From the NCBI GenBank assembly GCA_012295275.1, contig CM022665.1, positions 2,914,001 to 2,978,000 on the forward strand: 64,000 bases of DNA, read 5' to 3'. The notes below the pieces were generated by a model. It searched no databases, was not told the DNA's origin, and was given only the letters and a program-made list of their open reading frames with translations. The translations under genes were made by a program, and so were the position numbers. Of this stretch, positions 38,593 to 53,578 are shown one piece after another. Numbering within the stretch: position 1 is the stretch's first letter; each line of letters starts with the position of its first letter. This DNA comes from Chrysomallon squamiferum (Eukaryota; Animalia; Mollusca).

Positions 38593-39751
38593 TTTAGAAA
38601 AGCTTTGTGAAGATATTTATATTATTTATTTTTGTTTTGAGATTCTGAATAAGTCTAATCTTAACAAAAATCAGTTGAGCTAATATTAGATTTAATAATT
38701 AATGTGTTTATTTCGTTATCTGAACTTCACTACGCCATTTTGTCTGTCTTAATAAATACAACATGTTTAGAATACTTTTAAACAATATACAATAACTAAA
38801 TAAATAAAGTTACATTTATTTATTTATTTATTTATTTATTTATTGTTTGCTACATTACTTCTTCCCCGCCTTGCCTCACAAAACTTAAATGAGAAAAGGG
38901 GCAAAAAAGCGTAATTTTTCATTATAAAAGTATGAAAACTCGCATTATTTTAAAAATTCACGAGTGCTCGTAAATTTCGCCTCTAAATATTATGCTAATT
39001 TTGACTTCAAAATAAACTTTTTATAAAACAATCTAAATAAAAATAAAACATTTATCTAAATTACCGCAGCACTGTTCTAAAATTATTTTTTATATTTCCA
39101 AAAAAAAAAAAAAAAATTAAAATAACAAATGAAATAATATTCTCTAGTTCTGATCGCATTAAATCATGTTTTGATCCAATACTAACAAAATGATATTAAA
39201 ATATATTTTATTTAAAAAAGTAATAATATTAAAATAAAAGAATTAAAAAAAAAATTTATGATTGAGTTAATTTTTTAAATTTTATGAAATATATATTCAT
39301 ATTTTTATTTGTTTCACTATTTTTTTTTTTTTTTATTTTCGAGATAACTTACATTAAAATATAATTTACACAAGAATTTTTGCTGTTCAGTATTATAACT
39401 TAAATTTTAATCGAATCTTATTCAAATTCAGAATCCACTCTGACTGACGTTATTATTTAAAATATTGTTTTCTGCTGTATAAATATTTTTATGCTATATC
39501 AAATGTATCTGGCAATATCAGAAAAACATATTTGTCAGCTAAACTATTAAAATTATATAATACGTCCATTTACGTTTATTATTGTCATGCGATAACTATT
39601 ATTATTATTATTATTATTATTATTTTTATTTATTTATTTATTATAATTATTATAATTTTATTTATTTAATTCAATAATTATTTTAAATTAAAACTACAAC
39701 CATCTCTCTAAATATTTTCTTGTATGTGTATGTTTCAGTGTGTACAGTCTA

Positions 39752-39799
<48 letters not shown>

Positions 39800-41704
39800 C
39801 CTTCTTGCTCGTTTATAAGCAGTGGTGACTAATTTTTTTAAAGCTGTATAATGTTCTGACAGAAAAATTTGCGGGTCATTGCAAACGACGTATTATATAC
39901 AATAAACCATACAGAAGTTAAATAAGGTTTAGACTCAAACTATTTACACTTTAAAAAGTTCTGGTTTCATCGGAGGAGATCAGTTAGCATTACTTGAAAG
40001 ATAAATAGAAGTATTTCACGCCTACCGTTCGGCCCCCTGGTAAGCTCAAAGACAGGTCTGCATCCTGTTAATTTGTTTTTCCTTTTCTTCTTTCTAACAT
40101 TCCTTCTTAAACTGGGGCAAACAGAATTAAAATAACTAAAATTTACAAAAAAAGGTGCAGAAGGTCTGAGGTAATCATTTTTTTTTTTTTTTTTTTTTTG
40201 TGTAATCTGTAAACTTGAAATAAGCGTGTTAAAATTATCTTTATCATCGATATCGTCAACAGCCAATCAAAATGGTAATAGTGGCAATAATAACAATAGT
40301 AATAACGGTAATGGTAATAGTAAGAGCGATGATAAAACAGTAATAGCAGTAGTAAAGAATAAATAAATAAACTATTTCTGCAAAATTAAATATTTTATCA
40401 TTTTTAAAGCATCATTCAATATCAGAAAAAATCAAATACTCAGTTTTCAGTTTTAACTGAAATAACTATTTTTGACAAGTTTAATAAATATTTGAAAGCT
40501 TTTCATTCAGATCTTTTTTTTTGTATGAAAAACAAAATTCTAAACAATATGTATTTAGTACGCAATATTACATACAAACATTTCAGTTACAAATAAATAA
40601 ATGTTTTATTTTTGTAATTCATTCATTCATTCATTCATTCGTTTGTTTCGTTTATTTTAATTTTAATTTTAATTTATTATATTTTATTTTATTTTGAAAC
40701 TGGAATGTGCAAAGCTGTTAGAAGTAAACATCGAACAGTATTTTGTTCACCGTTTTTAAGTTTCATTTACTTATTCAAGTTAATAGTTTAAAATGACATC
40801 TATGTCACTGGTATTATTACTACTTACTGCCTACATTGATGCTGATGATCATTATAATGATGACGACGATGTTAATCTGATAATAAAATTAAGAAAGTGA
40901 ATTACGTTTAAACTGAAAACACTTTTCCAAATTATGCTAAGAAAGAGAAAATAAGTTTATGTTGTTTTTCTTCTTCTTACGCAAACAGCCCGTGGAGTAA
41001 TAGCTGTACGAGATTATCTGAGTGTAATTCTCTCAATCTAGTACCACTGTCTTTTCAACACAGGATCTAAATCAGCATAACCCTAGGCGCGGGCATTCTC
41101 TGGATGTCAGTGCTTTACGTAATAATCACATTATTTTCGCTTGTTTGTGCTTATCCGAAACATCTCTAAAATGTCCACCAACAGATAGAAACTTAGCTGG
41201 CTGTTAAGAAGTTGATAGTTTAAGATACAGGAGCCTGCCATTATCTAGTTTAATAATCTCTGATAGTTTTCTCGTCGCTGGCAAACACCAGCCCCGTGGC
41301 TACTGGCGATCACACTGTTGAAAATGATTTTATTTTATTTGATGGCCTTTGTGGGGCAAGCGGAGCAGTGTTTTTATTTCTAAGCGATTAGGCAGCCGCC
41401 CCGCCATCGTATCATTTAGAAGTATTAGGTGAAGACGGTAAATAAAATTATAATAGAATGGTTGATGATCGCAGACAGACAAACAAGGGTACGCGATGAT
41501 GCGACATCTAAAACGACGGCGCTCAAAGGATAGAGACGGGACGAGCTCTTGTGACGGCAGCTCATGACAGCGGCGTTTACGCTGGTTTCATCTTCTCAAA
41601 AGTGCATCGTTAGTTTGTCTTATCAAATCTGACAGCATTCAAAGCAGATCCTCTGTTTTCTGAGAAAACCCGAGATATCACTTTAAATATATTAGTTGTT
41701 TTGT

Positions 41705-41760
<56 letters not shown>

Positions 41761-42315
41761 CTCGTTCTCGTTCTCTGTTTGTGTGTATTCTCTTCAAATT
41801 ATCATATTAAAAATGCTTAATGCTTCTGAATTATAGAGAAATTTTCGTGTGCCCCCGAGCGATGTCGTGCGTTTTATGACACTGTATTGAAGAGTGGAGT
41901 GTACGACCCAGGGGCTTTATTTGTGATCAGACTGTTCCGTGTACTCACAAACTCCGTTCAATAACAACAGAATTAAAGAATTACTTATAGATACTGGCTT
42001 CGACATCAAAGGGAATCCAGCCGACAACTGTCGCGTTTCACAGACAGAGACGAAATATCAGTAGTCTGTTATAATTATCACACTCCCAGCCTGCTGACTG
42101 TCGTGTTCAACAAATTCATGGATTTATCATAAAGCTGTTTCATGAAAAAAAGAGAGAATGTCGATAGTATCAGATGAAATCCATTGTTCACATAGTCCCA
42201 TAAGTTTTATCGTGTTTGGTGGCCAATATATTTTTTATTAGTTTCAGAATTATAGAATTTTGCTGGTGATTTCGAAAATGTTACATTGGTAATTATATTT
42301 ATCTCTAATCTTCAG

Positions 42316-42663
42316 GTCTGGTTCAAAAACAGAAGAGCAAAATGGAGGAAACAAAAGAGAGAGGAAGAAACAGCTAAACGGACGCCGTCGGAAAGTGCAG
42401 TATCTCAGACGAGTGGCGCCGAACAGCCAGAAGACAAAGACGCGGAACATCCCGAAGACAAAGATGCGGATTCTTCGATATGCGTTGATGACGACACGGA
42501 TGATTCGGAAATTCACGCACATCACGAAAACAGTGCTTCGTCGCATCTCGGACAGTTCGGTGTTGAAAAGAACAAGTGTCGACATCCCTCCAGTGACAAT
42601 GAAACGCGACACCGCCAAGTAACGACCAAAACACACGTGGAATTACAATCTGCTGCACCTTGA
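42316..42663 (+). CDS. gsc: Goosecoid exon 3 (recognition helix with K50, acidic C-terminal tail)
   Basis: Acceptor cttcag at 42315. Encodes VWFKNRRAKWRKQKREE (K50) through TGA at 42661-42663. The spliced CDS from 32429 is 828 nt (275 aa). Confidence 0.95.
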   Translation, partial: VWFKNRRAKWRKQKREEETAKRTPSESAVSQTSGAEQPEDKDAEHPEDKDADSSICVDDDTDDSEIHAHHENSASSHLGQFGVEKNKCRHPSSDNETRHRQVTTKTHVELQSAAP

Positions 42664-43092
42664 GGAAAATCCTTTATTATCAAATCATCCATAATTATCG
42701 TGCCCCATTATTAAGGCAGGAATTGTGCTAGTCGACTTCTACTGATACAGAAAGACTTTTCAGTTATTCCAGAAAGCCTCAAAATTCAATACAGCTGTTC
42801 AGTATGGCCAAAGGACAACACTAGTTATTGTATTTAACTTAAATCCCCAAATGGCAGGAACAGAATATATAGTTGGAGGATATTCCTTCATCGATGTAAT
42901 TATTTATAAGCAAAATTTCAATTATATAATTTTATATAGAGAATTAGCTTTTATTGTTCATAATTAGTATGGAAAATGAAAAGTTCATTAAATTTCTTTT
43001 TTGTTGTTGTTAATATTTTTACTTGTATTCATAAAAGGAAGTCATGTCTGTATAATTCGTTCTTTGTATTAAAGAATAACTGTTTATTATTA

Positions 43093-43098
43093 AATAAA
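43093..43098 (+). terminator. Candidate gsc polyadenylation signal
   Basis: AATAAA about 430 nt after the stop codon, preceded by ATTAAA variants. The AT-rich context makes this weak. Confidence 0.3.
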
Positions 43099-44234
43099 CA
43101 TGATATATGCTTCATGGTGTTATCTTCTTATTTTTACTAATACTGACGTCACTCTATAAGTTATGGTTTAAAACCAAAACGGCTGTAAATAAATTGCTTT
43201 TTAATCGTATATACATGTAAAAGGCAAAATATTCTTAAATATATATTTTTTCAAACTTAGCACTATAAATTAGGAGTAAAGTGAGAAATTCAAAAAAAAA
43301 AAAAATATATATATATATATAGTGCCAACTTGGTAGCAGCGTATTTATAGAAACAAAATATATAACGGAAATAATGTCGAAATATTCCTTTTGTTATTGT
43401 TGTTGTTGAAATTATTATTGTTATTGTATTTTCATCATCGCCATCATTACTACTACAGTTGCTATAAGCTATTTTTAAAAGAGATAGTAAAATTAAACAA
43501 CATATTTAACAACAACAAAACTATTTTTAAAATTTCCTATTTTTCCCCGCCCCCGCCCCTCGAACTTTTTTCTCGTTTGCCGTTTTCCTTTTCCGTTCTT
43601 TTGTATCGAAAGACTTAAAATTATACATACTGATAAAATACCTATTTACCAAAATAAAAAAAAATAAAAAATCACAACCCCCACAAAAAATCAACACATA
43701 GGGAAATGCCTAATAATTTATTTATATTTTTATTTTTTCATTGTATTATCTCTAAATTAAAATAAATAAATAAATAAATAATATATATTTATAATCAATT
43801 GCATACTTTTCAGTTAAAATTAAATTAAATTTATATGCTATTCTGTAATGAAATTAGATACATCAATTTTAATGTTATTACCATTACCACTGGGAAAATT
43901 GCTACTTTCCAGATATGCATGGCATCATATAATCTTCAACAATGACTGATTACTATGTCTTTATACTCCGTAATAGTTGCATTATTACTTTATTATTACT
44001 ACTACTACTACTGCTACTACTATTACTTGTGCTAATTCTACTACTATTTCTGCAACTTTTGTTGCTGTGATTTTAGAATAACTATGTTGTGTACTTTCAT
44101 CCACTTTTCTCTACTGTGTCTGTCATATCAATATTATTTGTTGTTGCTGTTTAATTATTTAATTTCTACATACATCAGAAGAAAAAGTCAATGACAATAC
44201 ATATTAATGCTTATTCTATTGTCATTAGAATTGA

Positions 44235-44485
44235 TTTATTTATTTGTTTATTTATTTATTTGTTTGTTCATTTATTTGTTTATTTATTTATTTATTTCGT
44301 TTCGATTTATTTTACTTTACTTTACTTTAATTTATTTTTTATATTACATTACATTATATTATATTATATTATATTATATTATATTATATTATATTATATT
44401 ATATTATATTATATTAAATTTTATTTTATTTTATTTTATTTATACCAATTTATTTTATTTATTTATTTTTATTTAATTTATTATA

Positions 44486-44568
<83 letters not shown>

Positions 44569-44580
44569 TTATTATTAATT
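44235..44580. repeat. Compound (TTTA)n/(ATATT)n/(TTA)n microsatellite
   Basis: Direct reading; representative of dozens of (TAA)n, (TTTA)n, (CA)n and poly-A/T tracts across the window. Confidence 0.9.
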
Positions 44581-45493
44581 ATTATATACATGAAATATTT
44601 AGTAATTAAAAACGCCCCTGTTAAATAAAATACACCAGTGATCATAAAACCTTGTCCGTGACCGGAAAAATATTTTTGAACAGCTCACCCTGTTCCTACA
44701 TTTTTTTTTTTTTTTTTTATTTATTTATTTATTTTGTTTAAACTCTAAAGAACCTTTCCTTATGCAGTTACGATACGACAGACTCGAACATTCATTTCAA
44801 TTATAATACATAAAACATACGAATTTCCTTTCCAAGGTTAAGCTGTGAAACTCGATAACAGATTGAAATTTCTGTTTCTGACAAATCTGATCTTCTTTAC
44901 TCGAGTGTTCTCGACGGATAATGGTTCGAGGATCAAAAGATTTCAACGATCCTTAAGCGTTTACAAACCGATATTGAACTTAAAAGCATATCGAAAAGGA
45001 ATTTCCACTAATTAATCCATGCGATCGTAAATATACTGATGTAAAAATTCCTTAAAACAGCCTTAGACGTTGACCAGTGCCGTGAAGAGTGTGGAAGTTT
45101 GTTCGCATTTTATTATTATATTTTTTTTTATTTTTCTAAAGTATCGGAACGGATTTTCGCGAAAATCAGCTTATAATTAGTCTTAGTGAAGTTTTTATTT
45201 TGGCCGGTTAGGTTCTTTTATTTGCTAAATTTTGGCCGTGCGGTTGACACTTAGAGGTTTAAATGTGAAAGAGGTAAAAATGTTATTGACGTTTGGATTC
45301 AGAAAGATCAACAGAAGTAACTCGGTGTAGTGCCACGTTACTTCCAATGTTCGTTACATGGAGATTTAGAATTTTTTTCTTTGTTTTTTTTTTTCGTTTC
45401 CGTTGGTTTTTTTTAAATAAAGTTAAACCACTGATTACGTTATTGCAGCCGACAGAAGATAATTATAAAATAAACAACAATAACCAGTACTAC

Positions 45494-45535
<42 letters not shown>

Positions 45536-46047
45536 AATAAATAAAATAAACATTAATTGTTTCCCTAAATAAATAAATAAAATAAGAAATTTATATAATA
45601 AAGAGCATCAGAAATATATTTCATTATCTTCATGATAATTAATTTTTTATCTAATACCTCAGTTTTATTTTATTTTATTTTATTTTATTTTATTATTCTT
45701 TCTTTCTTTTTGTTTATTCTTTTGAATAGATTAAATATTTATATATAATTACAAACGCCAATACAAGATTTAAGAAAGGGGGCGTCATCGTTATGGTGGT
45801 TATAGCTCTTAAGATTAAACATTAATGAGTCATTATAATGAAAAAAAACACAGAAAAAATCGTTACGTACAAACAGGGTGGGATGCCTTCCACAAGCTCA
45901 AGAGTTCGCAAACGAATCTCGTGTGTAAATGTTAGATACGTAACACGTAAATATAATTAGAGTAATAAAATATAATAATATCAGTTTATAATAAAGTAAA
46001 TATTCGGCATCTGCAGTTCAGAGCGTGCGTGCGTCCAAGTTTGTTTA

Positions 46048-46087
<40 letters not shown>

Positions 46088-48200
46088 TGTGTGTTTCAAA
46101 CTTCGTATATAAAGTGAATTATTTCTAAAATCATTGCTTTATTCGTCAAAGCAACCGTCGGTAAAGATATCATCAGTATACAAAAAAGATTTCTTGATTT
46201 ACTAAATGTATTTCGAGTAATTTCTTTGTTGTGTTTAGAAAAGACACTGGTATTCCCAGATGGTATAAAAATGGGGATGTAACCGAGTCGAGAATAATCT
46301 ATTTCAACAACAAAATTGAGAAGCTTTATCCTGCTTTTATTTGATTCTAATAATTGATTTGTTGGGCTTTTTTGTGCCAATGCAATTAGAAGCCAACGCG
46401 CCAGCTTTATTCAACAATCTTTTGAAGTCTTTCAAATTTCCCTCACGGTCAATTAATTTAAAACAAAAATATTGATTTGCGTGGGGTTTTTTAACGACTC
46501 TTTGAGACATGCACTGTAAACGTTCTTTTTTTTTCTTTTTTTTTATAAAATCTATATAGTTATATAAGTTGTAAATGTTCCAGGGTGTAACTAACATGCT
46601 ATTGTTCAGTTTTATTTATTTATTTATTTATTTATTTGTTATTTTGTTTGTTTGTTTGTTTTTGTTGTGTTTTGTTTGTTTGTTTATTTTTGTCGCTGTG
46701 TGTTTCTTTTGTTTTTACTGAATAATATTTTGCTATTTAAACTCATTACCAAGTAATGTACAAACATATTTTAATAATATTTTAATAATAATACTAAATA
46801 TATACTATAGTATTTCAGTTAAGTACATTACAGAATTAATATTTATTTATTTATTTATTTATTTATTTACTTTCTTAGTTATTAGTTTGTTTTGTTTGTT
46901 TGTTTGTTTTCTTGCTTCTTTGCTCGTTTCTTTATTCAAATAATTTGTACAGTACATTTTAATTTTTAAAGACTACAACGTACAATAAATAATTATTATT
47001 CAACAACGCTTTCCAGAAATGTAAAATAACTGGTATTATTTAATACATTACAAAGTAATACAACATATTAGTTATTATTATTATTATTGTTGTTGCTGCT
47101 GCTGTTGTTTATTAATTAATTTGTTTGTTTGTTTGTTTGTTTGTTTGTTTGTTTGTTTATTTATTTATTTATTTATTATTATTATTATTATTACTATTAA
47201 AATTTATTTGATATTGTTAAAGTGCTTATTTATTATATCGCTCTTTGCTGTATTTACGTTCAAGTTGAATATGCCTTGATAATACTGGAAAATATTTCTG
47301 AAAAATAATAAATACGGTTTCGTCCGTTAAATCCAATGAAATTTCAAATCTAAGAATAATTAACAACTTCTATTATGATATACAGAACCATTGCCCGGAC
47401 TAAAATCCTTGAGGTGATGGGCTTTGTCGTTATAAAAGTATTTATAATTTATATAAGCACTTCTAGGGGAAAACTTTAATATTAGATATACTAATTTCTT
47501 TCCATCTAAAACTATTTAAAAAAAAAAACAAAACATAACAAAAAGAAGTAGTTTTTAAATACTTTCATGATTGTTTTCTTTTTCCGCTCCCCGCGGCGAA
47601 GAGCCTCGATACAGCATATATAATTAAATAATTATTAATATACGTAGCATATGTAATTAAGTAATTATTTACAGTAGGTATGTGTATTGCTTTACTGCTA
47701 CCAGTTACATTACACTGATATACTGATAAAGCAAACAAAAATACATATACATATGTATATACATGCATGCAGTCAGATAAGTATACATATATTGATTTAT
47801 ATTTATTATTATTTCAATAGTTAATCTCTTATTTTATTTGTGTTTACAAGATATGTTATTGTTTTAATAGGTAGAATACATTTTCAAACCGAAGATATCT
47901 GAAGAAAACACGCAAATACACACGCACAAAAACACACTTACCTCGATATATAAAAAATTATTTTTAGATGATTTTTACAATAGACACAGAATTTTTTTTT
48001 TTTCTATAAATTGTTTTTAGTTTTTATTATTCAATACCCTACACCATGTCATATATCAAACTTAGTTTTTTACTGTATTATTAATCGAATATGCATTCAT
48101 TGTGTTACAAAATTATTATTTATGGTAAATAATATCATTTGTTAAATTTTAAATATAATTTAAGCCAAATTTATTTAGTTTCACTTATTTATTTATTAAT

Positions 48201-48231
<31 letters not shown>

Positions 48232-48240
48232 TTAACCACT

Positions 48241-48274
<34 letters not shown>

Positions 48275-48822
48275 GCTGCTTATTTATCTTCACAGAGTTT
48301 ATTTGAATTTTTACATTTTATGCAACTGAAATTTAAGCATTTCTTATAATTTCAAGTTTCCTGGTTTATCTTTATAAAACTAAATAATGTTTTGAATTCT
48401 TCCGTGCCTCGATGAACAAACAACAGATTACTGTCCCAACAGATCATTATTAAAACTGATAAAACGTCTGAAATTTAAAACTTTATTCTTTCATTCGTTA
48501 AAACCGGTAACAGGTCTTCGCCCAGAAACTCTTTAAATTTCGTTTTTAAGTCATTTTGACCGGTTTTTATGCTTATTTTGTTTATTTAACGTTTAGCCGA
48601 AGTCTAAATAATCTGTTACATAAACTTATTTTAATGTATCGTTTCTAAAGTATAAAATAATAATTTAATGTGTCCAAGAATATTTTATGAAATCGAAATT
48701 AAAATATCCACATAATTATGTAAATGTGTTTACTTCAATTACTCGTGAATGTTAAAAATAATTTAATAGTATTTACGGATTTTATTTCAAGTTTATTTTA
48801 TTTCATTCCTTTATCTTCATCG

Positions 48823-48887
<65 letters not shown>

Positions 48888-50005
48888 TTAAATAAATGAA
48901 TTTATATATTTATTTTCTCTTCCCAGTAATACACGGTTTACTTGAGTAAAACATTATAATCATATTGGTTTACGTGCTAAATTATGGACTGCCACATTTT
49001 CAGTCAGTATAAATTTATATCCTTACAAAAACATGAAACGAACTTTACCAAGAGCTCAGTTTGTTTTTTAACCTATTATAGTTATTTACTAAGCCTTAGG
49101 GTGAAACTTTAACAAATGATCCGTTCAATTCAAACAAGTAGTATATCTTAAGAGTTGCGCAATTGCTGATGTTTAGGTTTGACTGAATAGCGTACGATAA
49201 TCGCTTTTTCAAAGACTAAGGCGAGATGTAAACTGCAAATCACACACAGCTGTCTGTAGTGTCGCGTAATTCCCGAAGAAATCACTAGAGCATTCAAGTC
49301 AATGTTTGAGTAGTACTCGATATTACAAACACGGCTTTCAATTACCTTAAAGCTTTTTGCCGACCAGATTTGTTAAAAACTGATAATCTTTGAGCGTGAT
49401 TAGTGAAGTCTGGTACACCCACATACTGACCATTCAGCCGAAGCTAAACAAATATAATGTATGAACGTCATTTAAATAGCTAAGACGCATTTAAACACTA
49501 TAAACACAGTGTTCTAACCTTTCCTAACACAAATCAATGGCCTTTCATAACACATAGAGGTATAATGAAACCAGATAGGTGAGTTTTACACGACGGAAAA
49601 CCGGGCCCTCTAGAAAACACCATTTAATACTAATGTACTGAACACTTTCTTAATTGTGACAATTTTGAGATAATGCGTTAAGTAAGAGGTGTGACTTATG
49701 TAAGAAGATACAACAATGACAAGAACAGGTGTGTTAAACTGTGCCAGAGCGTTAATACACCACATTATAGTCAGTTAACAAAAATGTACGCAAACAGTGC
49801 ACAGACATTGATCGAAAAAGTCCACATCGCATGGCAACACGTGTTGTCTACTAAATAAGCAATAAACTATCTGACTTCTGTTTAATAAAATAAACTGTTG
49901 CTAACAAATATATATCTATACGATCACATATTACATATGTTGTAACAGTACGAATTTTTCCTCCAGTTATACTAATATAAATAATGATGTTATTCAAACA
50001 CAACA

Positions 50006-50056
<51 letters not shown>

Positions 50057-50335
50057 TTTAGTAAATCTTTCATACTACAGTATTTTAATAAAATATACAT
50101 CATAAAATATTAAATAAAGTGAATCATCGTATTTATATATAATACTTTTTTTAATGTTATACGATATGTTATAAGGCGATTCGACACGACAAAATACAAT
50201 TTGATATGATATGATACATGATATGAAAACTAAAATGAACCAAAATATTCATATTTATATAAGTATGTTAATTTATTATCTTAAATTGTATTACAAATGT
50301 AATTTGAACTTTAAATGTAGCAAAAATTCCAAAGA

Positions 50336-50379
<44 letters not shown>

Positions 50380-50479
50380 GTTTTAGTTTTAGTTTTTTTG
50401 TTTGTTTGTTTGTGAACAAACTTTGAATTTTTTTTTTTTTTTTTAGTTATTTAAATCGCTATAAATGTGACTGGATAAC

Positions 50480-52179
50480 AGATCTCTACAAGGTACAGCT
50501 GCATGCAATTATACATTTTTTATAACTATCCTACTCTTACGAACAAAACACTTTAAACAAAAAAAACAACAACAAAAAAACAGATTTAAAAAAGTGATTG
50601 ATTACACCTATTTTGTATGCATTATTTATACAATAATTTTGAGACATTCAATAAAAATAAGAGATAAATTAAATTTATTTAAACGATTATAGCAAACCTG
50701 GAAATCTAGCACTCGGTTCCGTGCTCTGTAATAACAGTGTTTCAGTATATTCTTTGTAAAACTATCACGTGACCTCTGTGTTCGTCTGGTTCCAATCTTG
50801 ACGTCTTAGCAGACGATGTACAGAGGAATCTTCCGGTTAACTCGCAGGACCGTCTGGAATTTTATTTATTTATTTGTTTGTTTGTTTGTTTGTTTGTTTG
50901 TTTTCTTACTTTCTTATTTAATTATTTTTAGAAATAAATAAGAAGTAGTTAAAATTACTTAATTTATTTATTTATTATTTAGAAAGTAAATAATTATGTA
51001 AATAAATAAATAAATACGAAAACAAAGAGACTAACAAATAAATAAAAGCAATCAAAATTTTGATCGCTAATAAAATTATTTTATTTTATTTTATTTTATT
51101 TTATTTTTTATTCGTATTTATTTATTTCCTTATTTATTTATATTACTTATTTTTATTTGTTTAATTTATATTATTTATTTAATTATATTACTTTATTTAT
51201 TCATTAATTTGTTCTTTATACACATTTTTTTTTTAATCTGTTTGTTTAGTAAACACGGTCAGTTTGAAAAAGTTTAATATTTTCTTTCAGGATAACTGAA
51301 ATTTTACAAGAATAATTTTCCTTGATGATTACAATCTAACTTTGATAAGATTATATTATCAATGTTCAAAATTTTTTTTTCTTCAAAAATTAGCATTTGA
51401 TTATGCGTTATAAATTGAAAATAAACTGTCATTTATTCATTTTGATTATCTTCAAAATCAACAGCAAAATATCTTTTTGAATAACCTCTAATTTTATAAA
51501 ACTTTATGAAAGTAAAGCGATAACTGGTGAAAATACGTTACGCAGTGATGGTTTCTTACTCGAAATGTCAAGTATTTACAACCAGCTATTAAAAATTTAA
51601 ATTACTGGTAAATTAAAACGATATAAAATCATCAGAAAATAATGCGGAATCTGCGACGAGATAACTAACATTTAAAAAAAAAAAAAAAAAAAGTAAACTG
51701 AAGTGGAGTTCAGCTTCTTGCTCAATACTGGATGGATGGCTGCAGGCAATAGCCAATGAACAGACGGAAAAAATCGATAAGATCGCATTTAAATAGACGC
51801 ACTTAGTTTGTGTGATGTGAAAATCTGATAATTCAGAGAGGGGATTTATTTGTAAATCGCTATCTATCAGACATATCTCTCTATGCAGGCCCTTTTCGTC
51901 TGCCATCTTTTGTTATTGTCTCTTGAATTCTGTGTGGATAATGGGGTTTTCCTGAATGGTCCTCTGTTATTTTTTTTTTTTATATATATATATTTTATTT
52001 TATGATTATTATTATTATTTTTTTTTTTTTTTTTTTTTTTGCCAATGTTAAATTTATAGACCTCTTTCTATAGTAGTATATCATCGCTAAATCCATTATG
52101 AGTCTATGAATATTAATTAAAAACATAAAGTGCCGAAATACTTTTGCATAGGCCATAAAACTGAAAAAGTGTAACATAT

Positions 52180-52217
<38 letters not shown>

Positions 52218-53047
52218 GACTCGCAAACACAAACACAGATATGAACACACATATACACGTACATATGTACATAAAAAAAAATAGAAACATAATTCAAGTA
52301 AAGAGATGAGGAATAAAGAAGACAGAAAAAAGAAGAAGAAAAAGAAGAACAAGGTTGCGAAAGGAAAACGTAAATTTTAATAGAGTAATGGAAGTCACAG
52401 AAAGACTGAGATGACCGTACTTGTACGATTAACTGTAATCACAGAAATATGACAGTTTAACTGAATGTGCGTCAACACACGATCTCACACTGTCAAACTG
52501 ACTGGAGGTGATATTCTGTTGTGTGTTATTTACGACTTGTTTGTGTTTGTTCATCTCAGTTCATACGCCTTATTATCTCAATCAGAAATCTAGATGTCAT
52601 CGATCAAGTCAAATACTGAACAAAATTACCGATTTCCCTATTTTTATCTTGCTCTTTGAAAATACCTTGGAAACAAAAAAAAAAAAAAAAAAATCTAATA
52701 TAAAATAGAAATTTAGATCTAAGATGAAACACAACAGCAACATTTATATACATTCAAAATCTACAAATTCTGAGCGAGTTCTGAGGATAATAAGAAACAG
52801 AATATAAAATATATAATTCTAACAAGATAAGGTAAATACATTAGTGTACATCAAAGAGCTATTCTCGCTAGAGATCAAACGGCAGTTTAATTATTTTGAG
52901 TTATGTCTTTCTAACCTTTATCTGAAATTATTTCACAAATGCTTAGTAAAAAAAAACCAAGCTGACTGTTGATTGCAATAAATGAGATCACAATTCAGTT
53001 TTTGTCATTTAAACTAAATATTTATAAAACACAATTATGATTTTTAT

Positions 53048-53078
<31 letters not shown>

Positions 53079-53542
53079 GAAGATGTAATTATTGGTAATT
53101 TAAATGTTCCAAAGGTAGAAAAGTAATTAAAAATGGTAAAAGGTTATCAAATTCAGGATTTTTTTTACACGTCTGATTTTCAAGAAACTGGATGAAGGAA
53201 AGTTTCCCTATAAAAATCCAATCTGATAACAAGAAAATGAAAAAGTCTCAAAGCTTCATTTTACAATTTTTTTTGTTTAGTTTTTTGTTTGTTTGTTTGT
53301 TTGTGAACAAACTTTGAATTTTTTAATTTCTTTTCAACATTTTTATCTGTTTTCTAAATTATCATATTTTTATGTTATGTTATGTTATGTTACCTTATTT
53401 ATTTATTTATTTATTTATTTATTTTATTCTGTTTTATTTATTTACTTATTAAAATATAAGAAAGATTTGTTTCCGACAACTTACTTGTATTTTCAGTAAA
53501 AAACTAGAGGTTTGTTATTTTCTCATTTCAAAACTACAAAAC

Positions 53543-53578
<36 letters not shown>

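Noticed and set aside
42250-42658. Antisense and alternative-frame ORFs over gsc exon 3 (similarly over exon 1 and CFAP36 exons 7-8)
   Set aside because: Expected shadows of GC-richer coding exons.
51613-51906. 97-aa minus-strand ORF inside the inverted repeat spacer
   Set aside because: Runs through a poly-T tract, with no recognisable domain or transposase motif.
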